From Octopus sinensis (Eukaryota), in the NCBI RefSeq assembly GCF_006345805.1, contig NC_043019.1:12337360-12401359 (forward strand): DNA of 64,000 nucleotides, given 5' to 3'. The notes beneath the pieces were generated by a model that worked only from the letters and a program-made list of their open reading frames with translations, was not told the origin of the DNA and ran no database searches. Both the position numbers and the translations under genes were made by a program. This document shows positions 25,437 to 40,036 of this stretch, piece after piece (position 1 is the stretch's first letter; each line of letters begins with the position of its first letter).

Positions 25437-26144
25437 AAGAGGGTGATATCTATCTATCTATCTATCTATACACACACAGCCTATGAACACGTGCTTACAT
25501 ATATTTGTATACACATTACATTCTGTGTTCCATACAGTTCACTTAAGCTAATGAATACACACACACACACACACACACACTCACACATAAGCACAATTTG
25601 ACCCCTCACCCTCCACTTACAGCGTACGTAACGTACAACCATATGTGCATGTTTGTATACGCCCCATCCACCCACCCACTTCTACCAGCTCATCTTAGAT
25701 TTTCTTTTCTCTTGTTTTACCCTCTGGATATTATTGTACCAGTTTGCAGAGGAGGTAAGCTTTTAGTTTCATTAATAATATTATTGTTGCTGTTTCTTTT
25801 TTTAATCCTGATGTATATTCGTTAGGACATTGACTACACACTCACTCACGCGCACACAACAAAGTTCGGCTTGCATGTACCACTACAATTCATGTCTATC
25901 TATTTATCTATCTGTCTATCTATCTGTCTATCTATCTACCTATTTATCTATCTGTCTATCTATCTATCTATCTGTCTATCTGTCTATCTATCTATCTATT
26001 TATTTGTCTATCTATCTATCTTTCCATCCATCCATCCATCCATCTCTCTATCCATCATCTCTGTCCATCTCTCCGTCTATCTATTTATCTATCTCTCTGT
26101 CTATCCACCTCTCCGTCCATCTCTATCTCTCTGCCCATCTCTCT

Positions 26145-26203
<59 letters not shown>

Positions 26204-26286
26204 CCATCCATCTCTCTGTCTATCTATCTATCTATCTCTCCATCCATCCATCCATATAGGTGTGAATATATCTGTGTTTGTGTGTT

Positions 26287-26320
<34 letters not shown>

Positions 26321-27370
26321 GATAGATAGATAGATGTAGATATCTTTTATCTGTCACTTGTTGCAGTCATTGGCCAGCAGCCATGGTGGAGCACTGCATT
26401 AAAGTATTTTTAGTCAAATGAATTGACCCCCAATACCTCTTTTATGCCTGCTACTTAATTTATCAAACTGTTTTGATGAAAGTAGTGGGGACGTAAACAT
26501 GCCAACACTGGCTGCCAAGCAGTGGTGGTAGGTAGGCAAACACAGATACAATGACACACAGACTGGCAGTTTCCATCTACCAAATCCACTCACGAAGCTT
26601 TGGTCGGCTCAAGGCCAAACTAGAAGACACTTGCCCAAGGTGCCATGCAGTGTCTGTGCTCATCTCCATCACTATCGTTTGACAACCGATGTTGGTGTGT
26701 TTACATCCCCATAACTTAGAAGTTCGGCAAAGAAGACCGATAGAGTAAGTACTAGGCTTACAAAGAATAAGTCCTAGGGTCAATTTCTTTAACTAAAACC
26801 GTTTAGGAAATTGCTCCAGTATGGCCACAGTCAAATGACTGAAGCAAGTAAAAGAATAGATATATACACATACACACAAACCCACCCATACACACACACA
26901 TTTTGATGGCTCGACAGCAGTTGGCAAGTTGGAGAGCTGCACCAGGTTCCAAATGCCTGTTTTGGCATGGTTTTCTATGGCTGGATGCCCTTCCAAATGC
27001 CAACCACTTTAGAGTGTACTGGGTGCTTTTTATGTGGCACTAGCATGGCTGCTTGCATACTAGTTGCAGGTGTGGATGTGTAGTGAGAAGTTCACATCCC
27101 AGCCACATGGTTCTGGGTTTAGTCCCACTTTATAGCACCTTGGGCCAGTGGCTTCTTCAATAGCCTCAGGCTGACCAAAGCCCTGCGAATGGATTTGGTA
27201 CACGGAAACTGAAAGAAGCAGATCATATGTGTGTGTGTATGTGTGTCCTTGTCTTGGTATTGTGTGATAATTGTATAACGATTGTCACTTGTCATACAAG
27301 CAATGTCATTCATTTCAAATATGGTGTGAGAATATGTCTGACCATAGGGGAAATGTTATCTTGTTCAGTA

Positions 27371-27647
27371 ATCATCATCGTTTAACGTCCGCTTTCCATG
27401 CTAGCATGGGTTGGATGGTTCGATTGGGGTCTGGGAAGCCAGGAGGCAGCACAAGGCCCAGTCTGATCTGGCAGTGTTTCTACGGCTGGATGCCCTTCCT
27501 AACGCCAACCACACCGTGAGTGTATTGGGTGTGTTTTACGTGCCACCAGCACGATGCCAGGCGAGGCTGGCAACGGCCACGATTGGTTGGTGCTTTTTAC
27601 GTGCCACCGGCACGGAGGCCAGTCGGGGCAGCGCTTGCAACGGCGGC
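27371..27647 (-). mobile_element. Family C truncated copy
   Basis: Colinear with 9631-10027; other copies near 19545-19798, 29226-29412, 53170-53308, 59741-59909, 63050-63300. Confidence 0.82.
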
Positions 27648-28181
27648 ATCTGGCTGTAGAAAACCTGCCTCAAATAAACTCCCTCTGAGCCATGCAAGCA
27701 TGGAAAAGTGGACACTAAATGACCCCTTCACTACACACAGTCATTTTAACTGATTTGTATATGACCACTCTCACACCATATCATATTGCTCTATGATGTA
27801 GCGGTGGGAGAAGTCACACACACACACACATGCACACGTTCTTCTTCCACCCTAGCCATACATATTTGATTGGGGTGGGTGTGTCATGGATACTTTAGCA
27901 TCCACACACACCAACCCCCACCACTGTTAAGTTATTTCTCCGATGGTGACAGGTGTTATGTGACTACAGACTCGGTAAAGATTACAAAAGATAGTGTGCA
28001 CGTGCATATATGCTTGGCATTCTGTGTGTATGGGTATGCATAGATTGCATGCGTGTGTGTGTGTCTATTGCGTATGCTTAGATGTTTTAGTGTGTATAGC
28101 CTGAACGTGTGTGCGATATATCTCTGTGTGTATCTATATGTATATATCTATGCATATAGGTGTGGATACGTGTGTGTATGC

Positions 28182-28213
<32 letters not shown>

Positions 28214-28295
28214 CATGTGCTTTGTTTTGTGTGCATGTATATGGTTATCTATCTAGCTATTGATATAATAAATATATATATATATATACACATAC

Positions 28296-28334
<39 letters not shown>

Positions 28335-28340
28335 ACATAC

Positions 28341-28372
<32 letters not shown>

Positions 28373-28496
28373 CATACATACATATAATACATATATATAT
28401 ACATACATACATAACATACATACATACATATATATAACATACATATATAATACATACTACATACATACTATATATACATACATACATAATATATAC

Positions 28497-28529
<33 letters not shown>

Positions 28530-28740
28530 CATACTTACATATACACAAGCTATTAATGACAGAAGTAGCCATTGTAATGAATATTAATTAGCACATCCAA
28601 AGTAACCTGGATGTGCTCATGTGTATGTGTGTGTTGCATAGATAGATATGCATATATATATATAATATATGTATTATATCAATATTATATATATATATGT
28701 AATATATATGTGATATATATATATATATGTATATATATAT

Positions 28741-28783
<43 letters not shown>

Positions 28784-31642
28784 CATACATATACAAGCAT
28801 ACCCCCACCCTGCATTGTTAGTAGATTCCAGGTCTCATGACTTAAGTCAAATTAACTTATCTCTAGGCTAAACCGGTAATAACCATTCTCAATTCTGTAC
28901 TTTATTTATGAAAGCATTTTCAATAATACATAGTTTGATGTGTGCTAAAATCTTGTCCTTTTCATGTACAATCGTCAATATATTTGTCCGACTCATCCCA
29001 AAGGGTCGTGCAGTTGCTACCACTTTTTCACCTTGTCAAGCGGTGGTGAGACACACTCACACATGTACACATGTCAGACCTCTTTCAGTTTCTGTCTACC
29101 AAATCCACTCATAAAGCTGTGGTCAAGTTGAGACTATAGTGGAATGCACCCGACCAAGGTGCCATGCAATGGGACTGAACTCGGAACCATGTGGTTGGAA
29201 AGCAAGCTTCTTGCTACTCAGCTGCATCATCATCATCGTTTAACGTCCGCTTTTCATGCTAGCATGGGTTGGACGGTTTGACTGAGGACTGACGAACCAG
29301 ATGGCTGCACCAGGCTCCAGTCTTGATCTGGTAGAGTTTCTACAGCTGGATACCCTTTCTAACGCCAACCACTCCGAGAGTGTAGTGGGTGCTTTTACGT
29401 GCCACTGGCATGAGGGCATATAAATAAAAAGGTGGATTTCTGTTGTTCTGTAATGATGTTCCATTTGTTTAATTGACTGAATTACATGCTCCTGAACCAA
29501 CATATCTGTAGGATTGCTAACTGGGGTAGTTTTTATGGGGGCACTTGATGTCGCAAGTAGGGTGGATCCAGCTGTTAGCCATGTTTGTTGTGATAAGCAT
29601 CTGTCAGGTCCTGCTGCCATCCTCCGGTTGGGAAGGTCAGTTTTCTGCAGTGTGGTGGTTATGAGGAAAGATGTTGTGTTGTGGCCTGAAATCAGCCAAT
29701 TTCTTCTACCAGGCCCTTACGAAATCCTTCCAAAATTCTTCCCTCTTTGTCTAGCTCTTGCCCCTATTTCTGTCTCTCATCTTTCCACTCTCTTGCATTT
29801 GTTCTTTCTCCTCTCTTTCTCATCCATAATCTTATCTTTCTTCCATGTGTGTGCATGTCCCTCTCAGTCTCCTGCAGCTATTTTTAAAGATGCCAAAAGA
29901 GGGTTGGCTGATTGGCTGGCTATGTTTAATGTGGGTTACCATATTATCTGATGTACTCTGGCTCACCTGACACACACACACACACACATACACTGTGAGC
30001 TGTGTTTGATTCATGTCTTTATCCATGATCTGACATGCTTTCTCCTTAAGGCAGCACCATGACGATTTGATAAGGAAATTTGGTTGCTATTTTTAGCAGG
30101 CCAAGTTACCATGTAGTGGTTCCTCTATCGGGTTTCATATTTGTCATTCTTTCAGCTTGCACTTAGAAGGCTTTGCTTGGCCCAAAGCTATTTAGTAGAA
30201 GACACTTGCCTAGAATGCCTGAGGGTGGGACTGAACCTAATACCACTTGGTTGAGAAGAAAGTTTCTTAACCACACAGCTATATTTGCATATGTCTGTCT
30301 GTCTGTCGTTATATCATCATCATCATTTAGGATCTACTTTCCATAATAGCATGGGTAAGGTAGCTTGACTGGAACTGGTAAGCCAGAGAGCTGCACCAGG
30401 TTCCAGTCTGATTTGGCATGGTTTCTATGGCTGGATGCTGTCCTTCCTAATGCCGACCACTCCATAGAGTGTAATGGGTGCTTTCAGTGGGCCATCAGCA
30501 TGGGTGCTTTTATATGCCACCAGGGTTTCAGTCAAAGCAATTGACCCCAGGACCTACACTTTCTAAACCTAGTACTTATTCCATCAGACTTTTTTGTCAA
30601 ACTGTAAAGTTACGAGGACATAAAACTCCAGCATCAGTTGTCAAGCGATGGTAGGGTGGGGGACAAACACAGACACACACACACATGCGCACACACACAC
30701 ACACATATATACACACACATGATGGGCTTCTTTCAGTTTCTGTCTACCATATCCACTCACAAGGATTTGGGTTGGCCTGAGGCTTTAGAAGAAGACACTT
30801 GCCTAAGGTGTCACACAGTGGGATTGAACCCTGAACCATGTGGTTGGGAAGTAAGCTTCTTAACAGCAGACATGCCTGAGAAAGTTTCCTAAATTTTCAT
30901 GGTTACAGTTGTCAAGCCCCTCTCCCTCCTCCCTCCGCCCCCCTCTACACATGCACACACACACACAAAGCCGCTTGAAACATGTGTAACCAATTAAGGA
31001 AGAATTATACTTCCAATCAACCCAAGATTTATATTTCTATAATGAAAGAGCCGAGAAACAATATCTCTGCTGCTGCTCCTCCTCCTCCTCCCCTTTTCTC
31101 CCCCACCCTGTGGAGTAGGACTTACAGATTAGGGACCACAGTCTTCACACAGCCCCCTAATTAAAGTAGTAGGGCAAGAAGACTTTTGAAGGTGATAAGT
31201 CCTTCTTTCCCTCCTCCTCTCTTTCTCTCCCCCTACCATGTTCTCACTCATTTCTGTTCACCACCACCATCTTCTTGCGTTCTTCATTAATCTTGAGAAT
31301 GTTGAGTGATGTACGGGGATTGAAGAATGGGGTTGAAGGAGTAAGGTAAGCCGGGTGGAGATAAGGGTGTTCATAAGAGTGATAGAGGTGGAGGTATTGT
31401 TTAGCTCCAGCTGGGCCCTCATCTAGCAGACCTCTGATCAAAGACGTATGTATTATAATTGTTATTTAACCACAGGACAGTCCCAGTTTGACAGACCTTA
31501 TGAGTAAAAGCCTTTTAAACATGACAAACTTGCCTTTTCAAAGGTATCCAGGAATACAACTGTCCAGATTTGTGTCCCTTTCTCAAACAGTAGAATGTGA
31601 TTTGAGGGAGATTTGACTCCCTCATTAGCTGATGAAATCCTT

Positions 31643-31943
31643 TTTTTATTTATTTATGCGCCCTTTTCAAGCCTAGCCAGGCTCATGGGCCCGCCCGGTT
31701 TCCTGGTTTCTATGGCGTATGTGTCCCTCCCCTCCAGCTGGACGGGACGCCAGTCCATCGCAGCGTTACTCAAGAAACAGGAAGAGAGAATGAGAGAAAG
31801 TTGGGGCGAAAGAATACAACAGGGGTCGCCACCAACCCCTGCTGGAGCCTCGTTGAGCTTTAGGTGTTTTTACTCAATAAACACACATAACGCCCGGTCT
31901 GAATGCGAGTCCACTGCTCTAACCACTGGGCCATTGCACCTCC
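31643..31943 (-). mobile_element. Related V-domain-like SINE, B box deleted
   Basis: Minus strand ctgcgatggactggcgtcccgtccag; TSD gatgaaat(c/t)ctt. Confidence 0.78.
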
Positions 31944-32303
31944 ACGATGAAATTCTTATTAATTGTATTCTTAAAGAGTTGGTAGGGAGGGGTAGCATTC
32001 TCTTCCTCTACAGTTTCTGACATCGTTTTCGTCATTGTTTTGATGTCCAGTTTTTCATGCCAGCATGGGTTAGATGGGCCTCATTGATGCAGATTTTCTA
32101 TAGCTGGATGCCTTTTCTGTTGCCAATCTTCACCTGTTTTTTCAAGTAGTGTGGCCGTGTGGTAAGAAGCTTGCTTCCCAACCACATGGATCTAGTTTTA
32201 GTACCACAGTGCAACACCTTGTAGCTTCTGTTGTAGCCTTGGTCAACCAAAGACTTGAGTGGATTTGGTAGATGGAAACTGAAAGAAGCCCATCGATTAT
32301 TTC

Positions 32304-32398
<95 letters not shown>

Positions 32399-34289
32399 AA
32401 AGGGTAAAGATCCACTTCAGTCATAAATGACCATGGGATTGCACCTAAAATTTTACCCTCTGCAGCACTAGTTCAGGCATGGTTGCCCTTGCATGGTTGC
32501 CCATAAATACTAGCCTCCCCTTTCCATGCCACTGATGTTAACCAAGGGACAGGCAAAGGGGCTGACACAGTTTGGCACCAGTGATGCCACAACCCGTTTC
32601 TACAGCTGAGTGAACTGGAGCAATGTGAAATAAAGTGTCTTGCTTAAGAACACAACACACAGCCCAGTCCGGAAATTGAACTCACTACTTCATGATTGTG
32701 AGTCCGACACTGTAACCACTGAACCACAGGTATATAGACGCACATGTATATTTCTTTATTGCCCACAAGGGGCTAAACATAGAGGGGACAAACAAAGACA
32801 GACAAAGGGATTAAGTCGATTACATCGACCCCAGTGCGAAACTGGTACTTTATTTATTGACCCTGAAAGGATGAAAGGCAAAGTCAACCTCGGTATACAG
32901 ATAAGATGGGTTTCTTTTAGTTTCTGTCTACTAAATCCACTTGTAAGACTTTGGTTGACCTGAGGCCATGGTAGAATACACTTGGCTGGTGTGCCATGCA
33001 GTGGGACTGAACTTGAAACCATGTGACTGAGAAGCAAGCTTCTTAACCACACAGCCACTCCTGCATCTGTAGTCAGTAAACTTGTTTCGCAGTCCATGGG
33101 ACCATCTTGCACTTTTCCATATGTCTCTTCTGTCCTTCTGTCCTACGTACAAAGGACTTCGTTATGAGGCAAATCCAAACCTCTGTGTAGAGAATTTGCA
33201 GTATTACAAAGAAACGTGTCAAGTTCGTGTGTCATCTTTGTGTAATGGAAACGCACAGTGGAAGCAACAGCTGTGAATTGTGAGGCTTTTTTTAGTGGTT
33301 TTGAGGTGTAGGTGGGTGTACAGATGGAGGAAGTGTGTCACCCAAGTACATAGCACTTAGAAGTGGTGAGGTGTAGTTATGATGGCCTGGGAAGGTTATT
33401 ACAGACTTGTGGGAGTGTATGATGAGGAATTGCTGTAACTTTACACTAGGGATTCTTAAATTGGGCACTGCGAAAAAAAACAAAAAAAAAACTTTGTTCC
33501 CTAAGATTAAAGAGTCTTAATAAAATGCAATAATTTTATTTCGTAAAAAAAATTTTTTTAAAGTGGGGTTATTGAGTTAGACGTGGCCTGGGCCTATACT
33601 GGCTGAGACCTATCAAAGTTAATTATGGTTTTTATAATTATGAATTTTTCCTCTTGAAAATTTCTGTTTCCTTCAATCATTGTCATTAATTTATTCTGAA
33701 GAGACTGATGGAATAAGTACCTGGCTCTTCAAGAAAAAAAAAAAAAATAAATATGTACAGGAGTTGATTCATTTAACTAAAGATTCTTCAAGCGGTGCCC
33801 AAGCATGGCCACAGTCTAACGACTGTAAAAGATACAATGCACACAAAGTCATCGACAAAGTTTTTGTTGGTGGTGATGAGGGTTGGGCCTCTGTATTGAT
33901 TATAGATTACTAACCTAATATATATTTGTGTGTGTGTGTGTGGAAATTGTCATCTCAAAGTAAAGGTATTGATTAGATTGTAATGACAAAGGACTGACTA
34001 ATATCTCAGCTAGCCTTTGTTTTGCTTTTGTTTTCACTGTATCTATCTTCCTGCTTGTCTCTTAGTCACCCTCTGCCTATCTCATGCATACACCTCTCTC
34101 TTTCATTCTCTCTCTCTCACCTGAAATTTGCAACTGATGTGGCAAATTTAGTACCAAATTTTGGAATCAGCACCTCAAGTCTACTTGACTTTTCAGTCCT
34201 TGACCTTTGAGTGATGAAAAGTAAAGATGAACCCAGTAGAGGGTTATGAGGTTTTCAGTGCAGCAGCAGTCCCTGTATTGTAATTAATT

Positions 34290-34480
34290 AATTATACAGT
34301 CTCAACAATCAAGATAATCAGAATGACAGAATGGGCACCAAGATGTGAACAAAATCCAAAGGCCGACCAAAGACATGACAGTGAGATGTTCTCACCTGCT
34401 ACCTGGGGCCTACATTGGCCACATGCGACTAAGCCCTGAAAGTGAACTGTCTCAGGAACAATAGGATGAAATAGAATTGT
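34290..34480 (+). mobile_element. Old degenerate RTE-like LINE 3' fragment
   Basis: Frameshifted TEWAPR...KGRPKT...DVLTCYLGPT, resembling the RTE C-terminal W-x-P...GRP motif. Confidence 0.45.
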
Positions 34481-34664
34481 ATGAGAGAAAGAGAGAAACC
34501 GTATACACCCATACACCTATTGTACTTATTCCTTGAGCCCTTGAACTCATAAGTCATGTTATCCGGTTTCCATGGCATGATCACATGTGGCTGTGATCAC
34601 ATTGCTCCTCTTGAATGGGATGCCAGCCTGTTGGACGATTCAAGGCCACAGGTCTTTGGGGAGA

Positions 34665-34878
34665 GGCAGCGAGCTGGCAGAATCGTTGCACGCTGGGCGA
34701 AATGCTTAGCAGCATTTTGTTTGCCATTACGTTCTGAGTTCAAATTCTGCCAAGGTCTACTTTGCCTTTCATCCTTTCGGGGTCAATAAATTAAGTACCA
34801 GTTACGCACTGGGGTTGATGTAATCGACTTGATCCGTTTGTCTGTCCTTGTTTGGCCCCTTGTGGGTAGTAAAGAAAT
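34665..34878 (+). mobile_element. SINE-B with long TSD
   Basis: aggtctttggggagagg at 34650-34666 and 34879-34895; other copies near 4975-5197 and 44091-44308. Confidence 0.9.
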
Positions 34879-35854
34879 AGGTCTTTGGGGAGAGGGCATA
34901 AGTTGACAGCATCGACACTTGTACTCGACTGCTACTTTGTTTTGTTGACCCTAGGAGAGATGAAAGGCAAAGTTGATCTCAGCAGAATTTGAACTCAGAA
35001 CCTAATGATCTGGAAGCAATTTTGTCAGATGTGCTAACCATTCTGAAGACATACTGCCACACACACAAACACACACACATATCAAGGTTAGTGTAGTCTC
35101 TGAGATCGGAGAGTTGTTGAACAGCTGATCTTTGTTTAGAGAGCGAAGAAAAACATGAAGTGTTCAAGTGTCAAACACTGTACTGCTACCATTGCTGTTC
35201 TTCTTCTTCTTCTTGTTACTTGTAGCTGTTGTTTCTCTCCAACAGCTGATTCTTGAAGAGATCAATTAACTGGTGACTCATCTTATATATATGTGTGCAT
35301 GCATGTGTATGTCTATGTATGTATCTGTGTGTGTGTGTGTGTGTGTGTGTGCCTCTGTGTGTGTGTGTGTCTTTTATCCTTGTTTCAGTCATTTAACTAC
35401 AGCCATGCTGGGGCTTTGCCTTGACTGGTTTTTAATCAAACAATTCGACCCTAGAACTTGTTTTTTTAAAATTTTGTAGCTTAGTACTTATTCTATCAGT
35501 TTCATTTGCCAAACCACTAAGTTATGCAAACATAAACATACCAGCACTAATAGTCAAGCAGAGATGGGGACAAACACACACACACACACGACGAGCTTCT
35601 TTCAGTTTCCATCTGCCAAATCTACTAGCAGCTGGTTCTCAGGACTACTTCTCTGTCTGTCTCTCTCTCTTATATGTAAATGTTGAACAATGAGAATGAG
35701 TGCTCAACACTACATTGGTGGATAAAATTTCTTAATTTGTGTATTAAGGCTACCATTAGTTTCATGTTAAGAAAATATCTTAATATCCTAACTATTTTTT
35801 CAAGCCAAACACATCTAGGAATGGTGTTCATTTCCATTTTGGATGAAAACACCA

Positions 35855-35889
<35 letters not shown>

Positions 35890-36494
35890 GGTGTGTGCAT
35901 GTGCACAGAATTGATAAGTTCAACACAGGTGTTTTGAGGTCCTTAGCCCCTGCCCCCACCACCTTAGAAATACCAATCCAAATCCATCCTGGGGTGAGTA
36001 AGAAATCATCTTTGCATATCTTAAACCTACCTCTATTGTCTGCTCTATCTTGACTATCTAGCACCGTCTGGCTTTATCAGTTGGGTGCCTTTGTTTGATC
36101 GGATCTGGTCTGCTTAATTTGCTTTTGTGTTGGGGCTTCACAACCTCTGTCTACCCCCAATCCCACCCATATCTTCTCCTGCCCCCTTTCTTCCCTTTTC
36201 CTATATATCTGTGTGTATATATATATGTACACACACACACATGCTTACACATATATACACATACACACACACACACACTCGCATATACATATACACATGC
36301 GGACAGATATACATACATATATATATAATTTGTCTGACATATTTTACCCTGACCTATATATTTATTCATATGTATATAAGCATTTCTCTCACTTTCTTCA
36401 TGACCTATATCTCTCAGCTCTTTCAGTTTGGTTTTGATTCTGAACAAATTTGAATTAATAATAATTCAAAATAGTAATAATAATAACAATAATG

Positions 36495-37035
36495 ATAATA
36501 TTTTATTGGCCACAAACGCCACATAAACATTTTGGGCAATTCAATGATGAAAGACCGTGAGGGAATTTCCTGGAAATGTGTAAACAATAAAACATTAACA
36601 ATTTGTGAAAGTAATCTTACATAACAAAATCTCTAATAGGGGGAGTAATGCCACTTGGGGTTAGCGTTGCCATCACATCAAGTGCAAGGAAGTGTGCAGT
36701 GGTGTTAAGTGCTGTGGGTGATGTTGGTGGTGGAAGTAGGTGAGCTGTGCAAGCATGCTGTAATTGCACATTTGGCCTGCAGCCAAACAGCATCTTAGGT
36801 TGTGGTATTTTTTCTTTTTTTCTCGTTTTCTTTTTTCTCCCTAGGAACCCTACAGACCCAGAGCTGCCCTAACCATCAGAAGTCCCTTGACATTTGCACC
36901 GCCCTCCTCGCCAATCCTCAGTTTCCAAGCACCAACTTAGAATAGGCCCGCTATCTTGAACCATCTTTGTCATATTCTACCACCTTTCAAGAAATTTACT
37001 GGAGGGCAGTACATCAATCCTTATTTTTTTCGACC
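36495..37035 (-). mobile_element. Possible Tx1/L1-like LINE 3' remnant
   Basis: Minus strand KIRIDVLPSSKFLERW*; 3' end ttgtggccaataaaa resembles the SINE-B tail. Confidence 0.35.
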
Positions 37036-37215
37036 CCAAATTGACCAAAAGGTGAAGTTGACTTTAGCAGAATTTGAACCCAGAACATGCAGAAGGACAA
37101 ATTGCTGCTAAACATTTTGACCAATGTGGTAATGATTCTACCAGCTCACCACTATAGTAGTAGTAGTAATGGTATGAGCATGTAATGGTTATGTATAAGG
37201 CATAGTAACGTTATA

Positions 37216-37848
37216 AAGTGGTGAGCTGGCAGAATCGTTAGCAGGCCGTGCAAAGTGCTTAGTGGTATTTCCTCTGCCGTTACGTTCTGAGTTCAAATTC
37301 TGCCGAGGTCGACTTGCCTTTCATCCTTTCAGGGTCGATAAATTAAGTACCAGTTATGCACTGGGGTCGATGTAATCGACTTAATCCCTTTGTCTGTCCT
37401 TGTTTGTCCCCTCTATGTTTAGCCCCTTGCAGGTAGTAAAGAAATAAGAAACGTTAGCACGCCGGACGAAGTGCTTTGTGGTATTTCGTCTGTTGTTATG
37501 TTCTGAGTTCAAATTCCACTGTGGTCGACTTTGCCTTTCATCCTTTCGGGGTCAATAAATTAAGTACCAGTTACGCACTGGGGTCGATGTAATCGACTTA
37601 ATCCGTTTGTCTTTCCTGGTGGTGAGCTGGCAGAATCGTTAGCAGGCCGTGCAATGTGCTTAGTGGTATTTCGTCTGCCATTACGTTCTGAGTTCAAATT
37701 CTGCCGAGGTCGACTTGCCTTTCATCCTTTTGAGGTTGATAAATTAAGTACCAGTTACGCACTGGGGTTGATGTAATCGACTTAATCCGTTTGTCTTTCC
37801 TTGTTTGTCCCCTCTGGGCTTAGCCCCTTGTGGGTAGTAAAGAAATAG
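37216..37848 (+). mobile_element. Head-to-tail SINE-B trimer
   Basis: Three consecutive bodies starting near 37216, 37447 and 37617. Confidence 0.88.
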
Positions 37849-38459
37849 ATAATGGTATGAGCATGAATACGTAAAACACAAAAGCTTCTTCTGTGTAGGT
37901 CTTGCAATTTCTTAAGAAACTCTTGTAACACCTGAACTTCCGATGGTGGGCCTTTCTCAGGTGTGGCAATATCAGTGACAAGGCAAGTCACCTATCTTCC
38001 TTCCTTCCTTCCTACCTTCTTTCCTTCCTGACTGTAAGGTGAAGAACAAAGTTGCTGCTGCTGCTGAATGGTGGTGGTGGTGGTGGTGGTGGTAGCTGTT
38101 ACTGTCTGCAAGGTGCAGTTGTTTCAAATGCTGAGCCACAATTGTAAAAAAAACAAAAAAAAAACTGTTGCCATCACAACAAGTGTAAGGAGATGTGCAG
38201 CAGTGTTAAGTGTTGTTGGAGTGGTGGGGGTGATGTTGGTTGCGGAGGTAGGTGAGTGGTGCGAGCATGCTGTGATTGCACATTTGGCCTGCAGCCAAAC
38301 GGCGTCTTAGGTGGTGGGGATTTTTTTTCCTTTTTTTTCTCTCTATTTTTTTCTATTTTCCTGTTTAGTTTTTTAGCCAGATGGAGGGTGAGAAGGTTGA
38401 GGGATGGAGATTGCTTGAAGTAATTGCGTACTTAGGCATGTCTGTTAACTGTTAACACA

Positions 38460-38477
38460 ATTTATATATTTACATGC

Positions 38478-38538
<61 letters not shown>

Positions 38539-38579
38539 CATGTTATATATATATATATTACATGTATATATATATACAT

Positions 38580-38611
<32 letters not shown>

Positions 38612-38627
38612 CATATATATATACATC

Positions 38628-38673
<46 letters not shown>

Positions 38674-39046
38674 TATACATCTATATGTATTATATAACAT
38701 GTATATATATATATATACATGTATATATATATATACATGTATATATATATATATACATCTATATATACATCTATATGTATATATATATACATATATATAT
38801 ATTACATGTATATATATATATATACATATATATATACATCTATATGTATATATACATGTATATATATATACATGTATTATATATATATATACATGTACAT
38901 ATATACATGTATATATATATGTCTATACATGCATATATGTACATGCACATACATATGTCTGTGTATATATATATATATTTGTATATTTACATGCATAGAG
39001 ATATATACACGTGCGTGTGTGTATGTGTATATATATATATATATAT

Positions 39047-39101
<55 letters not shown>

Positions 39102-39114
39102 CACACACACATAC

Positions 39115-39145
<31 letters not shown>

Positions 39146-39168
39146 TATATATACACACACACACACAT
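38460..39168. repeat. Long (TA)n/(CA)n compound tract
   Basis: Direct reading; similar tracts at 18000-18360, 18960-19540, 19800-20260, 28180-28790. Confidence 0.95.
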
Positions 39169-39870
39169 GGTTGTTATGGGAAGGGCAGTGGGTTTAAGGC
39201 TTGGTGTATGTCTTTGTGTACATGTGGGGATACATGTTTGTATGATTTGTGTGTGTGTGTGTGTGTGTTTTTAATACATGTTCCTTTTGTATTTGCATAC
39301 TTGTATGTAGTTCTTTGTTTGCGTTTATCAATGTTCTTACTGCGTTTGTATACAAGTGTTTGTGTGTGTCTGTGTGTCCGTGTTTAATCCTTTTCTTACT
39401 GTATTTCCGTTGAAAGCACACTGTATTTGTTTCACTTAAAATTTTGAAAAATAATGAAGAATTTAGAAAACAAACCTTGTCATCATTATCAACTGCTGTT
39501 AAGGTGGTGAGATGGAAGAATCGGTAGCATGCAGGACCAAATGCATTGCGACATCTTGTCTGCTTTTATGATTTGAGCTCAGAAGTTTGTTGAGGGTATC
39601 TTTGTCTCTCATCCTTTCAGGGTTGATGAAATGAGTACCAGTTAAGCACTGGAATCAGTGTAATAGTTTTTCCTCCCTCCCTGCCTCCCTCAAAATTTGA
39701 GGCGTTGTGGTCTATAGACAGAATAACTGACTGAACCACATGGTTCCGGGTTCAGTCCCACTGTATGGCACCTTGGGCGAGTGTCTTCTACTATAGCCTC
39801 GGGCCAACCAAAGCCTTGTGAGTGGATTTGGTAGATGGAAACTGAAAGAAGCCTATCGTATATATATATA

Positions 39871-40036
39871 ACGGGAAGGTTTACGAAAATAAACAAAAGA
39901 CGAAGGCAGGTGGAGTACAAACAAACAAATGTATTAGTATAGCGCTCAGGAATAGAAAAAGTCTTTTACATTTCGAGCCTACGCTCTTCGACAGAAAGAT
40001 ACACAGAAAAGAAACAAGGAGAGAAAAAATTGCGTG
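39871..40036 (-). mobile_element. (TA)n-embedded Penelope-like element, copy 2, inside the internal microsatellite of a SINE-A
   Basis: Interrupts SINE-A 39733-40225 at its TA tract; matches 1833-2081. Confidence 0.62.
39963..39998 (-). ncRNA. Minimal hammerhead-like fold, A6U variant
   Basis: Minus strand cttt-CTGTCGA-a-gagc gtag gctc-GAAA-tg-TA-aaag. Confidence 0.55.
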
